Source of the DNA: a virus
Strand: one strand, 5' to 3'
Length of the DNA: 64,000 bases
IMG/VR virus record: IMGVR_UViG_3300032242_001844
Notes under the pieces: generated by a model
Seen by the model: the letters and a program-made list of their open reading frames with translations, nothing else
What the model was told of the DNA's origin: nothing
Databases searched by the model: none
Made by a program: the position numbers and the translations under genes
Part shown: in pieces, positions 48,897-58,941 of the stretch
Layout of the letters: every line of letters starts with the position of its first letter
How positions within the stretch are numbered: position 1 is the first letter of the stretch

Positions 48897-49606
48897 ATAA
48901 TATTTCTTTAGTAACTATCACATTTCATAAAGATTTTAATTGTCTTGAAAAACAATTGACATCACTTAACATGTATTATAAAAAAAATTTAACACATAAT
49001 ATTATATTGAATGATGATGAAATTTATTTGACTGGTTTACAAAATATAGTATCTAAATTTAAATATTTTAATTATAAAATTTACCACTTTTCAAATTTTG
49101 ATTTATCACATCAAACTGTTGAATTAGATTGGTTTAACCAGCAAATACTAAAACTTCAAGCTTGCAATATCATAGATACTAAGTTTTATTTAATTTTTGA
49201 TTCTAAAGATTATGTGACACAATATCATGATTTTAACGAATTGATAGCCAATGACATTCCATCACTGAACTATGATAAACATGATTTATATAAACTTGAT
49301 ACCAGTTATTCAAATTCATTTAAATTTTTTAATCTAAATCCTGATGAGCATAGAGATTTTGTAACTGACGGACGAACGCCATTTATAATGGAAACAGAAC
49401 ATACAAAATCATTATTAAATTATATTGAAGATAGCGGCATAAAATTAAACCAACTTATAACTCCAACAACAGACCACACAAAGCGACACACAGAATTTTA
49501 TCTTTATAATGCGTGGTTAGAAAAAAACAATGTTAAAGTAAATTGGGTAAAAGAATTAATACTAGGACAAAAAATAGAATATGAATGCAGAATTAAAAAT
49601 ATTTAA
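48893..49606 (+). CDS. GT-A-like (DUF6492-like) protein
   Basis: WFNQQILKL, YLIFDSKD, TPF, TEFYLY; very AT-rich. Confidence 0.55.
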   Translation: MNNISLVTITFHKDFNCLEKQLTSLNMYYKKNLTHNIILNDDEIYLTGLQNIVSKFKYFNYKIYHFSNFDLSHQTVELDWFNQQILKLQACNIIDTKFYLIFDSKDYVTQYHDFNELIANDIPSLNYDKHDLYKLDTSYSNSFKFFNLNPDEHRDFVTDGRTPFIMETEHTKSLLNYIEDSGIKLNQLITPTTDHTKRHTEFYLYNAWLEKNNVKVNWVKELILGQKIEYECRIKNI

Positions 49607-49624
49607 TACAAAAAAGGAAGTGCA

Positions 49625-50125
49625 GTGCGTATATTAACCGTAGAAAATACAGTATTTGAAATGAATAATTTACCAGACCAAGTTGATGATCTTAGGTTCT
49701 GTGTGTTAGACAACAGTAATCCAGCAGATGCTGACTATTACTTTTTACCATTAGTTTTTTTAGAAAGTTTCAATGATCCTGCTCTTGTGCTAAAGATAGG
49801 AAATCATAAAATTATGATGCCATACAATTGGCGTATTCTTATTGGTGAAGCAGAAATTGGTGACCTTGAAGCCCTACCACTGACAAAATTAAATGATCGC
49901 GGGTTCCAAGCCTTTACATTTAATCCTATTAGTTCATTTCGTGCAGAGTTTATGAATATTGAAATAACAGATGTTTATCAAGATGTGCGTTGGTATTTTC
50001 CTAAAATAAAAAATGGTCAATTACTGTGCATACCGCTAAGTGATGGACCAAAGCCAATATGTGCATACTTCGTTAAAGAAATTAGTCGTGCAAGCGAATT
50101 GATTGACATTCAAAACATAGTGTAG
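49625..50125 (+). CDS. Hypothetical protein, possibly degenerate Hint fold
   Basis: Beta-strand pattern resembling Hint blocks; GTG start. Confidence 0.6.
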   Translation: MRILTVENTVFEMNNLPDQVDDLRFCVLDNSNPADADYYFLPLVFLESFNDPALVLKIGNHKIMMPYNWRILIGEAEIGDLEALPLTKLNDRGFQAFTFNPISSFRAEFMNIEITDVYQDVRWYFPKIKNGQLLCIPLSDGPKPICAYFVKEISRASELIDIQNIV

Positions 50126-50137
50126 TATCATATAAAA

Positions 50138-50599
50138 ATGAACAAACTTGACATTGGTTATGAGATGGCACAGTTGGATACCAAGAACCGTGCCTTTTAT
50201 GATGAACTTACCGATGAAGAACGCAAAAAGTTCTCTACCTATCTTATGTTGCGGTGGGGCAGCGCAGTTATAGGAGTTTCAGAGTTGCAGCAGTATTATT
50301 TGCAAGCAATGAACGAACGAGTTAACAAGCGGTTTTTTGATATCAACAAGCATCCTAAACTGCAGTGGCTGTTGATGACAACGGTAAGTCCTGATATGGG
50401 TAACCATCGTCATGAATGGATGGCGTTTAATGCTCGCAAATCAAAGAACAAACGAAGTGATGTTATTGCAAAACTATATCCAGAATATAAACTTGATGAT
50501 TGTGATCTGTTAGCATCAAGTATTCCTGATGTTGAGTTTAAGGCGATGTTGGTGGAATTGGGTTGGAATGATAAAGAAATCAAAGAGGCAATGAAATGA
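50138..50599 (+). CDS. gp62: Clamp loader small subunit-like
   Basis: FSTYLMLRW, N...F.I.KHPKLQW, H.W motifs. Confidence 0.6.
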   Translation: MNKLDIGYEMAQLDTKNRAFYDELTDEERKKFSTYLMLRWGSAVIGVSELQQYYLQAMNERVNKRFFDINKHPKLQWLLMTTVSPDMGNHRHEWMAFNARKSKNKRSDVIAKLYPEYKLDDCDLLASSIPDVEFKAMLVELGWNDKEIKEAMK

Positions 50600-50811
50600 C
50601 AATTAAAAGTGCTTTTACAAATGCTGGCGATGTTGCATTTATTAATATCCAAGACACTCATGGTGGTCAAAATTTGCAGATAAATTTTACAAATGAAATG
50701 ATTGAATTGGCTTCTTTTTGGAAGGAATGGGGACCAGTATTTAAGAGTTATAATCCAAGTGTTATTGATGCACTTCACCAAGCCAAGGTATTGCACGAAA
50801 TTAACAAATGA
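50596..50811 (+). CDS. Hypothetical protein
   Basis: ATGA coupling on both sides. Confidence 0.6.
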   Translation: MTIKSAFTNAGDVAFINIQDTHGGQNLQINFTNEMIELASFWKEWGPVFKSYNPSVIDALHQAKVLHEINK

Positions 50812-51539
50812 GTATGGATCAATTGCGCAAAATCGCAGAAGAAGCAGCCAAAGATGTTAAGCCAGGCACACATGTATGCAAGTACTGTAGCCAAGGATTT
50901 GTGCGTGAAAGCACACTGGCGGTTCATCAGTGTGAACCAAAACGCCGTGACCAGCAACAACATGAAAAAGGCGTTATCATTGGGTTTAACGCTTGGCTGC
51001 GGTTCTTTGAACTTACACAGGGTTCGGCAAAGTTTAAAACATATGCGGATTTTTGCAATAACACTTTTTATAATGCATTTGTAAAATTTGGGCGACATTG
51101 CGTTAGTATAAATGCAATCAATACAAGTCAGTTTACTGATTATGTATTAAAGCAGCAATTGAAAATTGATAACTGGTGCAAAGACAAAGTATATGATGAA
51201 TATCTGCATTTGTTATTGCGCAATGAGAATAGTAGCGATGCGTTAGAGCGTTCAATCTTAACTATGCAAGATTGGGCAGAAGATACCAATAATGATATAA
51301 CACAGTATTTTGAATCTGTCTCAAATGGTCGATTTGTGCAGCATATTATCAATGGTCGTATCTCTCCATGGGTGTTATACTGTTGCGACAGTGGAATTGC
51401 TAAACTTGAAACTTTAACTGAAGAACATGTTAGTATGGTTATTAAACAGATTGATCCTGATTTTTGGCAGAGAAAACTGCGAGATTATCCTGCTGATGCA
51501 GAAATGACAAAGCATATATTATCACAGGCAAATTTTTAA
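50808..51539 (+). CDS. Zinc-finger protein (CxxC...HxC)
   Basis: HVCKYCSQGFVRESTLAVHQCE; GRISPW. Confidence 0.75.
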   Translation: MSMDQLRKIAEEAAKDVKPGTHVCKYCSQGFVRESTLAVHQCEPKRRDQQQHEKGVIIGFNAWLRFFELTQGSAKFKTYADFCNNTFYNAFVKFGRHCVSINAINTSQFTDYVLKQQLKIDNWCKDKVYDEYLHLLLRNENSSDALERSILTMQDWAEDTNNDITQYFESVSNGRFVQHIINGRISPWVLYCCDSGIAKLETLTEEHVSMVIKQIDPDFWQRKLRDYPADAEMTKHILSQANF

Positions 51540-51793
51540 TGAAACTACGGTTTATAGTTGGCAATAATTTATCACTTAGCGAAGTTCGTTCACTATCTGA
51601 TGAAATTTACACTATCGACCTTATACAAAATAAGAGCACACTTGTTATTAGTGATGTGTCGTTTTATGTTAGCAACGAGGCAGAAATTAAACAATGGTGT
51701 GATTCTTCCTTGACAAAATGGTCACAAAAAGGTATGATACTAGGATTCATAAACGATGAAGAGAGAACGCTATTTTTGATGAGATGGGCATGA
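51539..51793 (+). CDS. Hypothetical protein
   Basis: Ends TLFLMRW, a common motif in small phage genes. Confidence 0.65.
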   Translation: MKLRFIVGNNLSLSEVRSLSDEIYTIDLIQNKSTLVISDVSFYVSNEAEIKQWCDSSLTKWSQKGMILGFINDEERTLFLMRWA

Positions 51794-51978
51794 CTTGGTT
51801 TATTATATCTTGGCTTTACCTTGCTGGCATGGGCGCAATTTATGCCATTGATGATAGTAGTTCTCGCCTATTTTGGTTTACTGCGGTGTTATTGGTATTT
51901 TGGCCTCTGTGGGTAACTTTTATATCGCTTTGGTTTTTATGGCTTACAATTAAGGAACGAAAATGGATATCGACATAG
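51790..51978 (+). CDS. Small two-TM membrane protein
   Basis: Two hydrophobic helices; ATGA coupling. Confidence 0.55.
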   Translation: MTWFIISWLYLAGMGAIYAIDDSSSRLFWFTAVLLVFWPLWVTFISLWFLWLTIKERKWIST

Positions 51979-52523
51979 ATTTTGGCAATCGTGATGATAT
52001 CTTAAAGATTATCAAACATATTCCTGCATCCATTAATCGTGGCGGCAGTGTTGTCAAACACAATACTGGTGTTTATGTTAATCCTATTCCTGTTAACCCA
52101 CTTACTGGTTTAAGTAATATTGATTATAACGAAGCCGAAGAACTTGGCTATATGAAGTTGGACCTGTTGAATGTGCATGTTTATAATTCAGTTCGCAGCA
52201 ACGAGCATCTTGACGAACTCTGTAATACTGAGCCACAATGGGACCAACTTCATAACAAAGATTATGTTGATAAGTTAATTCATCTTAATAGCCACTATGA
52301 TCTTGTTCAGAAACATTTTCCAGATACAATAGATAAATTAGCAATGGTATTGGCAATGATTCGTCCAAGTAAACGATATCTTGTTGGCCAGCGATGGAAA
52401 GAAATTGCTGCGGAAATTTGGTTAAAACCGCATGAAGGCTATTACTTCAAGAAAGCACACGCATACAGTTACGCGCAATTAGTAATGGTTCATATGAATC
52501 TATTAAGTGAGTCTGCGAACTAA
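51963..52523 (+). CDS. Minimal DNA polymerase III alpha (DnaE)-like catalytic core
   Basis: DIDIDF, KHNTGVYV, GYMKLDLL, AMIRP, YYFKKAHAYSYA. Confidence 0.8.
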   Translation: MDIDIDFGNRDDILKIIKHIPASINRGGSVVKHNTGVYVNPIPVNPLTGLSNIDYNEAEELGYMKLDLLNVHVYNSVRSNEHLDELCNTEPQWDQLHNKDYVDKLIHLNSHYDLVQKHFPDTIDKLAMVLAMIRPSKRYLVGQRWKEIAAEIWLKPHEGYYFKKAHAYSYAQLVMVHMNLLSESAN

Positions 52524-52874
52524 TTGCACTACACGGCGTTTTGTTCGCTTCTCTGCTAGCTTGGCAATGCTAACAATATGTCCATGTTGTTCTATTATAT
52601 CTTTGCAAGCTAGCGTTACTGTACTGTACCTGAATGGATTCCAACTTTCTTTAAGAAATATGTTAATAGGAATTAATCTATTAGATTCCCACCACCATAT
52701 TTCTGCAGTTTCTAAAAACCCAAGTTTATCTTTATCTGTTCTTAATTTATTAAAAGCATACATGCTTACGATATCGGTATCATGATTTTGTATAATACCA
52801 ATATAATCACTGTGAGTATATTTTATGTAACTTAGGAACGGGTATTGTTCTAGCATTTGTTCAATTGAAATCAT
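52503..52874 (-). CDS. Conserved hypothetical protein
   Basis: YPFLS, WWWESNRLIPINIFL. Confidence 0.7.
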   Translation of the reverse strand: MISIEQMLEQYPFLSYIKYTHSDYIGIIQNHDTDIVSMYAFNKLRTDKDKLGFLETAEIWWWESNRLIPINIFLKESWNPFRYSTVTLACKDIIEQHGHIVSIAKLAEKRTKRRVVQLVRRLT

Positions 52875-52899
52875 AATAAATATAAAAGGAGTCCATTCT

Positions 52900-53688
52900 G
52901 TGCAGCCAATTTCAGGTTATTTATATAAACAAATCATTACCGTTGTAAGGAATAGTGACTTCGTACCACACAGGGAGAATCAGTTGTTTTACGCAAAACC
53001 ATTACAAATATACAAAGGTGTAGATAACCGATTCCAATTTCTGTTTAAAAACCAAGATTGGAAACCTGTAAGTCTACTTGATAGTTCAGTTCTATTTAAC
53101 TTGATTGATCCTACTACTACAGAATTAGTTTTTAGTAGAAAGTTGCAGATTGTTTATACCGATAATGGAACTGCTACTACGCTTGTTGAAAGTAGTTTAA
53201 TTGATGATGTAAACGCTGGACTATACAATTATAGTATTGTAGTTACAAGTCCAGAAGGTGAACAACAAATTGCTTACAGTGATGACAACTATAATGCGCA
53301 AGGACAAGCCAGAATTCACGACAATGTTTATCCAGCATTTGTTGAAAGTTTCAAACCTACTATTTTAAATTATACAAATGATATCAGCACTGGCTATCTA
53401 AATGTTGCTTATACGAGTGCAACGCAAATGGCAGATCGTGTAAAAGGTCGTGCGGTTGCGCAAACCGTGCAATATAACTGTGCAGGATTTACTGGCATAA
53501 TTGAATGTCAAGCAACGCAAGATTATCTTAGTGTCAGCAATGCTGCTACTTGGGTCGTTATACAAGATGTCACACTTAACAACATGACAGGCAACGGATA
53601 TTTTAATTTTTATGGTAAATTTAATGCTGTGCGGTTTAAGATAACAAAAACAAATGGCACAGTGAATTATATCGCATATCGTCCTTGA
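52900..53688 (+). CDS. Virion structural protein, BppU-like N-domain
   Basis: IYKGVDN.FQF.FKNQD.KPV; beta-rich; late promoter. Confidence 0.55.
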   Translation: MQPISGYLYKQIITVVRNSDFVPHRENQLFYAKPLQIYKGVDNRFQFLFKNQDWKPVSLLDSSVLFNLIDPTTTELVFSRKLQIVYTDNGTATTLVESSLIDDVNAGLYNYSIVVTSPEGEQQIAYSDDNYNAQGQARIHDNVYPAFVESFKPTILNYTNDISTGYLNVAYTSATQMADRVKGRAVAQTVQYNCAGFTGIIECQATQDYLSVSNAATWVVIQDVTLNNMTGNGYFNFYGKFNAVRFKITKTNGTVNYIAYRP

Positions 53689-53718
53689 CTTTTGTTATAA
53701 ATCTGTTATATTAATGTT

Positions 53719-54717
53719 ATGGAAATTACTGACCAAATCATGCAGCACCTGCCATGGAAGCGCAAATCCACGCCTAGCGGTTGGATAAGTTTCAATGCTG
53801 TCTGCTGTCATCACAATGGTCAAAATGCTGATACTCGTGGTCGTGGCGGCGTTATGCCATCGCCAGAAGGCGGGATAACTGCGCATTGTTTCAATTGTCA
53901 TTACACTGCTTCTTGGCAACCAGGCCGTCGTCTCTCTTACAAGATGCGGCGTTGGATGTCTTGGCTTGGCATGGGCGACGATGAGATTGGGCGTCTTGCT
54001 CTTTTTGCTATCAGTCAAGAAAGCTATGAACAAGTTGTAGTTGAAACTCGTGAGTTGCCTACTTACGAGCCTCGTGATCCGTGTCCAGGTCGTCCTATTA
54101 CAAGTTGGTTAAATGATGGGTATATAAATGAAGAGGATTATAACAGTCTTGAAATAGCTATCAATTATCTTGATTCTAGAGGTTTTGGCGATAAGCTATC
54201 TGATTTTTACTGGACAGACGACCCTGCATTAAGAAACCGTGTGCTTGTTCCATTTACTTGGAAAAACAAACCTATGGGATTTAGTGGGCGGCTGTTTGAA
54301 GATGGTAAGAAGAAAGTAAAATATTTTTCTAACTATCCAAGCAATATGATTTGGGGGTATGATCGACAGCATCGTGACGCAAGATTTTGCATTGTCGTTG
54401 AAGGATTGCTTGATGCAGTTGCTATTGGTGCACTTGCTATTTGCAGCAATGAAATCAATGACAGTCAGGCTCAAGTTATTGAGACACTTGACCGTGATAT
54501 CATTGTCGTGCCTGATCGTGATAAGGCTGGCGCGGCAATGGTAGAGGCTGCGTTAAAATATGGTTGGAGTGTAGCATTTCCTGATTGGGAGACGGGTATT
54601 AAAGATACTGCAGATGCTGTTGCAAAATATGGTACATTGTTTACTATGCGTAGTATCATAGATAGTGTACAAACTAATAAACTTAAAATTCAACTCTATG
54701 GTAAAAAATGGTTTTGA
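53719..54717 (+). CDS. gp61: DNA primase
   Basis: Zn-binding CC...HCFNC; TOPRIM VVEGLLDA, PDRDKAG, KD. Confidence 0.88.
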   Translation: MEITDQIMQHLPWKRKSTPSGWISFNAVCCHHNGQNADTRGRGGVMPSPEGGITAHCFNCHYTASWQPGRRLSYKMRRWMSWLGMGDDEIGRLALFAISQESYEQVVVETRELPTYEPRDPCPGRPITSWLNDGYINEEDYNSLEIAINYLDSRGFGDKLSDFYWTDDPALRNRVLVPFTWKNKPMGFSGRLFEDGKKKVKYFSNYPSNMIWGYDRQHRDARFCIVVEGLLDAVAIGALAICSNEINDSQAQVIETLDRDIIVVPDRDKAGAAMVEAALKYGWSVAFPDWETGIKDTADAVAKYGTLFTMRSIIDSVQTNKLKIQLYGKKWF

Positions 54718-54748
54718 CAATCATCTATAAAAAGTATATAATTACCTA

Positions 54749-56152
54749 ATGGCAAAAACATACGACGCACAAATTCAAAAGCTATTCATTGAAATGATGC
54801 TGAGCGATCCGCAAAGTTATGTGCGCGTTCAAAATATTTTTAATCCAAATAACTTTGATCGTAGTTTAAAGGGCGCAGCCGAATTTATCAAAGAACATTG
54901 CGAAAAGCATACTATTATGCCGCTGCATGAGCAAATTAATGCTGCCACCAATAATACATTTCAACCAATTTCTGGAATGACAGATGACCATACCTCTTGG
55001 TTTTTAGATGAGTTTGAGGGATTTACTAGACAAAAAGAACTTGAACGAGCAATTCTTGCTGCTGCTGACTTGCTTGAAAAAGGCGATTTTGATCCTGTTG
55101 AAAAATTAATCAAGGATGCAGTGCAAATTAGCTTGACCAAAGACCTTGGAACAGATTATTTTGCTGACCCCAAAGCCCGATTGATGAAGATTAAAGATAA
55201 TAATGGACAGGTTAGTACAGGTTGGAATGCGCTTGACCAGAAGTTATTTGGCGGATTTAATAAGGGTGAGTTGAATATATTTGCAGGTGGTTCTGGTTCA
55301 GGGAAGTCACTATTCATGCAAAATATTGCAGTTAACTGGATGCAACTTGGTCTCAATGGCGTTTATATTACGCTGGAATTAAGTGAAGAACTAACTTCTA
55401 TGCGTATTGATAGTATGATTACTAATATTCCAAGTAAGGATATCTTCAGAGATATTGATAATGTAGATATGAAGGTTATCATGATGGGTAAAAAGAGTGG
55501 TAAGTTACAAATCAAATATTTGCCAGCGCAAAGCAATATCAACGATGTTCGTGCTTATATTAAAGAACTGCAAATCCGCAGCGGTCGTCGTGTAGATTTT
55601 GTTATGATTGATTATCTTGATTTGCTAATGCCTGTTAGTGCAAAGGTTAGCCCAAGTGATTTGTTTGTCAAGGACAAGTATGTAAGTGAGGAAATTCGTA
55701 ATTTTGCCAAGGAAATGCAAATCTTATTGGTTACAGCATCGCAGTTAAATCGTGCAAGTGTTGAAGAAGTAGAGTTTGACCACAGTCATATTAGTGGCGG
55801 TATTTCAAAAATTAATACTGCAGACAATCTATTCGGCATTTTTACAACACGCAGTATGCGTGAACACGGCAAATATCAACTTCAAATTATGAAAACTCGT
55901 AGCAGCAGTGGCGTTGGACAAAAGGTTGAACTTGAATTTGATATTGATAGTTTGCGTATTCGCGATCTTCCAGATGACGATAGCCAAACATCTCAGTTCA
56001 AGAAACCATCAAATACTATCTTCGACGGTCTCAAAACTGGCAGTGTTGTAAGGTCGGCTGGCAACATTGATACTGAATCTAGTAAAGTCACGGCAACAGT
56101 CGATAGCAGCAGATTAAAAAGCATGTTAGCTAATATTAAATCTTCAAAATAA
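54749..56152 (+). CDS. gp41: Replicative DnaB-like helicase
   Basis: GGSGSGKS, ITLELSE, IDYLDL, TASQLNR, KTRSS. Confidence 0.92.
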   Translation: MAKTYDAQIQKLFIEMMLSDPQSYVRVQNIFNPNNFDRSLKGAAEFIKEHCEKHTIMPLHEQINAATNNTFQPISGMTDDHTSWFLDEFEGFTRQKELERAILAAADLLEKGDFDPVEKLIKDAVQISLTKDLGTDYFADPKARLMKIKDNNGQVSTGWNALDQKLFGGFNKGELNIFAGGSGSGKSLFMQNIAVNWMQLGLNGVYITLELSEELTSMRIDSMITNIPSKDIFRDIDNVDMKVIMMGKKSGKLQIKYLPAQSNINDVRAYIKELQIRSGRRVDFVMIDYLDLLMPVSAKVSPSDLFVKDKYVSEEIRNFAKEMQILLVTASQLNRASVEEVEFDHSHISGGISKINTADNLFGIFTTRSMREHGKYQLQIMKTRSSSGVGQKVELEFDIDSLRIRDLPDDDSQTSQFKKPSNTIFDGLKTGSVVRSAGNIDTESSKVTATVDSSRLKSMLANIKSSK

Positions 56153-56170
56153 TGACAACATAAATATGTT

Positions 56171-56941
56171 ATGTTTAAAGAATTAGAAGATTTTGTTGAT
56201 TTAAGTCATATTGACATTGATTTTAATAAATTTAGAAGCCAAGTAGTTAAACATCATTTTGAATGTTTTAATTTAACAGGAAATAATAGAATTTGGCTAA
56301 GAACGCATGACACATCTTTACCTATAGAAAAACAAATTAACCCAAACAAAACAACAGTAACAAGTTTGTCCATTGATCAGTTAGATGATTTTAGTACTGT
56401 TGATTGGAATATCTTAATAGAAAATTTTAGATTAGTAAAACCAGAAAATTTTACACATTATACAACACTGTTGACCGAAAAATTTCCATATATTATAGAA
56501 GTTCTAGATAAGGTAGAAAAATTTTCAAATATTAAATTTAGAATTATTAATAGTTCTTTGATGAAACCAAGTTCATCGTTGGATTTTCATATTGATTATG
56601 GGACAGATAGGTTACATATACCAATAGTGACGCAGATTCCAGAATGTTTTTTTTATGTAAAAGATAGTTTTGTTACAATGCCAAGCTATACCAAATTATA
56701 CAAGTTACATACAAACACTGTTCACAATGCATTTAACACGGGAAAGAAAGATAGATTGCATCTTATTTTTAATAATGCTGAACAAGAAGTAATTTATGAC
56801 ACAAGAGAAAAAATAATTGAATTACATAGCAAATTAAAAGATATGGCCAATGATCGTTTAAAAAATATAGATAGAGTTGATTTGTTATTAAATCCAGCAT
56901 ATTATAGTAAACTATTAAAAAACCAGCACAAGATGCAATAA
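56171..56941 (+). CDS. Asp/Asn beta-hydroxylase-like Fe(II)/2OG oxygenase
   Basis: HID, RLHIPIVT, HNAFN....RLHLIF. Confidence 0.75.
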   Translation: MFKELEDFVDLSHIDIDFNKFRSQVVKHHFECFNLTGNNRIWLRTHDTSLPIEKQINPNKTTVTSLSIDQLDDFSTVDWNILIENFRLVKPENFTHYTTLLTEKFPYIIEVLDKVEKFSNIKFRIINSSLMKPSSSLDFHIDYGTDRLHIPIVTQIPECFFYVKDSFVTMPSYTKLYKLHTNTVHNAFNTGKKDRLHLIFNNAEQEVIYDTREKIIELHSKLKDMANDRLKNIDRVDLLLNPAYYSKLLKNQHKMQ

Positions 56942-57038
56942 ATTTAACACCACGGATATATTTTTATGCATTGTTATATGTTGTTCTTTATTATTTTTTA
57001 AAGCAACTATTCAATAAATATCCGTGGAGTAATAAAAT

Positions 57039-57287
57039 TTGCGTAAACAAACTCGCTCAATATTAGACGAATTAAGTTCACTGACCATTAATAAAAATTC
57101 TGGTTTAGTGTTGGAGAGTCGTGCAAACCATATTATCAATAGTGCAATAAATTTAATTACGCAAATACGAGAAAATTATGATACTCCAGAAGCAGATGAA
57201 CTTGAACGCAGATTAATTAATAGTATTCGTGGACAAGACCCTGCTAAATTTATTCGAGGTCTTAGGAAGATAAATGAGAGCCGTTGA
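57039..57287 (+). CDS. Conserved small late protein
   Basis: TRSILDEL, LERRLINSIR.QDP.KF; TTG start after GGAG. Confidence 0.75.
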   Translation: MRKQTRSILDELSSLTINKNSGLVLESRANHIINSAINLITQIRENYDTPEADELERRLINSIRGQDPAKFIRGLRKINESR

Positions 57288-58419
57288 GTTTTTGACAGAA
57301 TTAACAAAGCCAGGAGAACCACCGCAAGTAGGCAGTCCTGAATTTAAAGCTACAGCAGAATCAATGAAGAAATTCATTAACTATGCTATTTCTGAATATT
57401 CAAAAACCGTTGCTTTGCGAAATCAAAAAGACCCACGGGTTGGTCAAGGAATTTCTAAGCAACCAATGCAACTTGCCAAAGGCATTGAAGACGCAGTTTA
57501 TGTCAATCTTAAGAAAATGGGCGCTGGCTTTATTACTGACACTGATATTGAGCGATTTAAAGAATATTTCTTAGGCAGTGCTGGCGCTACTGGTGGAGAA
57601 CAACCCGCAGGTGCTGCTGGTGCTAATAAAGATACCAGTGCTGCTGGTGGTGCTGCAGCAGGTGCCGCTACTGGCGGAGAACAAAAACAACAAACTATAC
57701 CACGAGGCGCTGAAGTAGAAATTGGTAAATCTCGTTCAGCAGGTGGCGGTGTAGCAAAATATCGTTGGGAAGGCGCTAAGTGGGCAGAAGTTTCGCCTAG
57801 AACTGGTGGCAGCGGCAAGTTTGCCAATGAAAAAGTTGCGCAAGAACTTACTCGTCGTTACTTCTCAAAGACAAAAGAACCAGCAACTGGCAGCATGACT
57901 CCTGACCAAATAAAAGCTGCAGCGGCTGCTAAATCACCAGAAGATTTAAAAGCTAAAACTCCACAGCCTATAACCGTTGGTGGTGAAACAATTAAGCCAA
58001 GTGATCCTCGCTATGCTGAAATTACTAAAAGATTAAACAGCAGTGTATACAGAAATCCTAGTAATATTATCAGTGAAGCTGCGGTTTCTTTTGATTCATC
58101 AACTAGTCTAATATCAGTTGATCCAGAACTAATTGATAAATTGGCAAATGATGCCGCTGAAACTTGGTACAAGAATCGCAAATGGTCAAATGATAATCCA
58201 GGAAAAAGTTTAGATTCTGGCGCTGGCAGTGAAACTGGTTCTAGCGGTGGGTTATCAAATCGTAACATCCAGCTATTGAAATATGTTGGTCTTGATCCTA
58301 ATAGTCCAAATATTGCTCAAACATTGGCAAATACACTAGCTGATCCAAATAAAAGAGAAGCAGTAGCTAAATCACTTGCTAGACAGGGTATAATGCCGCA
58401 GAAGAGTAATACCCCATAA
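57274..58419 (+). CDS. Putative head cargo protein
   Basis: MRAVEFLTE tag; Gly/Ala linker with repeated ATGGEQ. Confidence 0.65.
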   Translation: MRAVEFLTELTKPGEPPQVGSPEFKATAESMKKFINYAISEYSKTVALRNQKDPRVGQGISKQPMQLAKGIEDAVYVNLKKMGAGFITDTDIERFKEYFLGSAGATGGEQPAGAAGANKDTSAAGGAAAGAATGGEQKQQTIPRGAEVEIGKSRSAGGGVAKYRWEGAKWAEVSPRTGGSGKFANEKVAQELTRRYFSKTKEPATGSMTPDQIKAAAAAKSPEDLKAKTPQPITVGGETIKPSDPRYAEITKRLNSSVYRNPSNIISEAAVSFDSSTSLISVDPELIDKLANDAAETWYKNRKWSNDNPGKSLDSGAGSETGSSGGLSNRNIQLLKYVGLDPNSPNIAQTLANTLADPNKREAVAKSLARQGIMPQKSNTP

Positions 58420-58477
58420 ATCATAATTATGTATAAATAATAGTAGCGTAATAGACGCAATATTTTGGAGAATTAAA

Positions 58478-58858
58478 ATGGCAGATTTTTATCGTACAAC
58501 TGGTAACGCTGGTCCTGCTGGTAGCATGATCAGCTTCATCGGTAAAACCCCACTTGCAGTTGCAGGTTATGTTGCAGCAAGCGGTGGCACAGCACAAGAC
58601 CTTCGTGGTGAATTAGGCATTAACTATGCAGTTCCTGCAATCCTAAATGTCCTTGAATCAAATGTCACTGTTCTTGCTTATCAGATTGAAAACACTTCTG
58701 GTGGTAACATCAGTCTACTTCTTGAAGGTGCTTCACACTTCGCTGCAAGCGACATTCAAGGTATCATTCGTAGCGCAGGTACAACTGTTGGTAACAACAG
58801 CGTTGATGTTACTGGCACAATGATTGCAGCTCGTGGTTTCAAGCTAAGCTATACTTAA
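58478..58858 (+). CDS. Small abundant virion protein, candidate capsid decoration
   Basis: Own TATAAATA promoter, GGAG RBS and terminator; biased codons. Confidence 0.6.
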   Translation: MADFYRTTGNAGPAGSMISFIGKTPLAVAGYVAASGGTAQDLRGELGINYAVPAILNVLESNVTVLAYQIENTSGGNISLLLEGASHFAASDIQGIIRSAGTTVGNNSVDVTGTMIAARGFKLSYT

Positions 58859-58885
58859 TATATCACAGATATATTAAACAAGTTC

Positions 58886-58908
58886 AAGGGCGAGCAATCG
58901 CCCTTTTT
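58886..58908 (+). terminator. Intrinsic terminator
   Basis: aagggcga-gcaa-tcgcccttttt. Confidence 0.85.
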
Positions 58909-58941
58909 CTTTGTCTAAAATTCATTACTATAAGTAAAAAC

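Noticed and set aside
57578-57690. DNA repeat gctactgg(t/c)ggagaacaa
   Set aside because: In-frame duplication within a low-complexity linker
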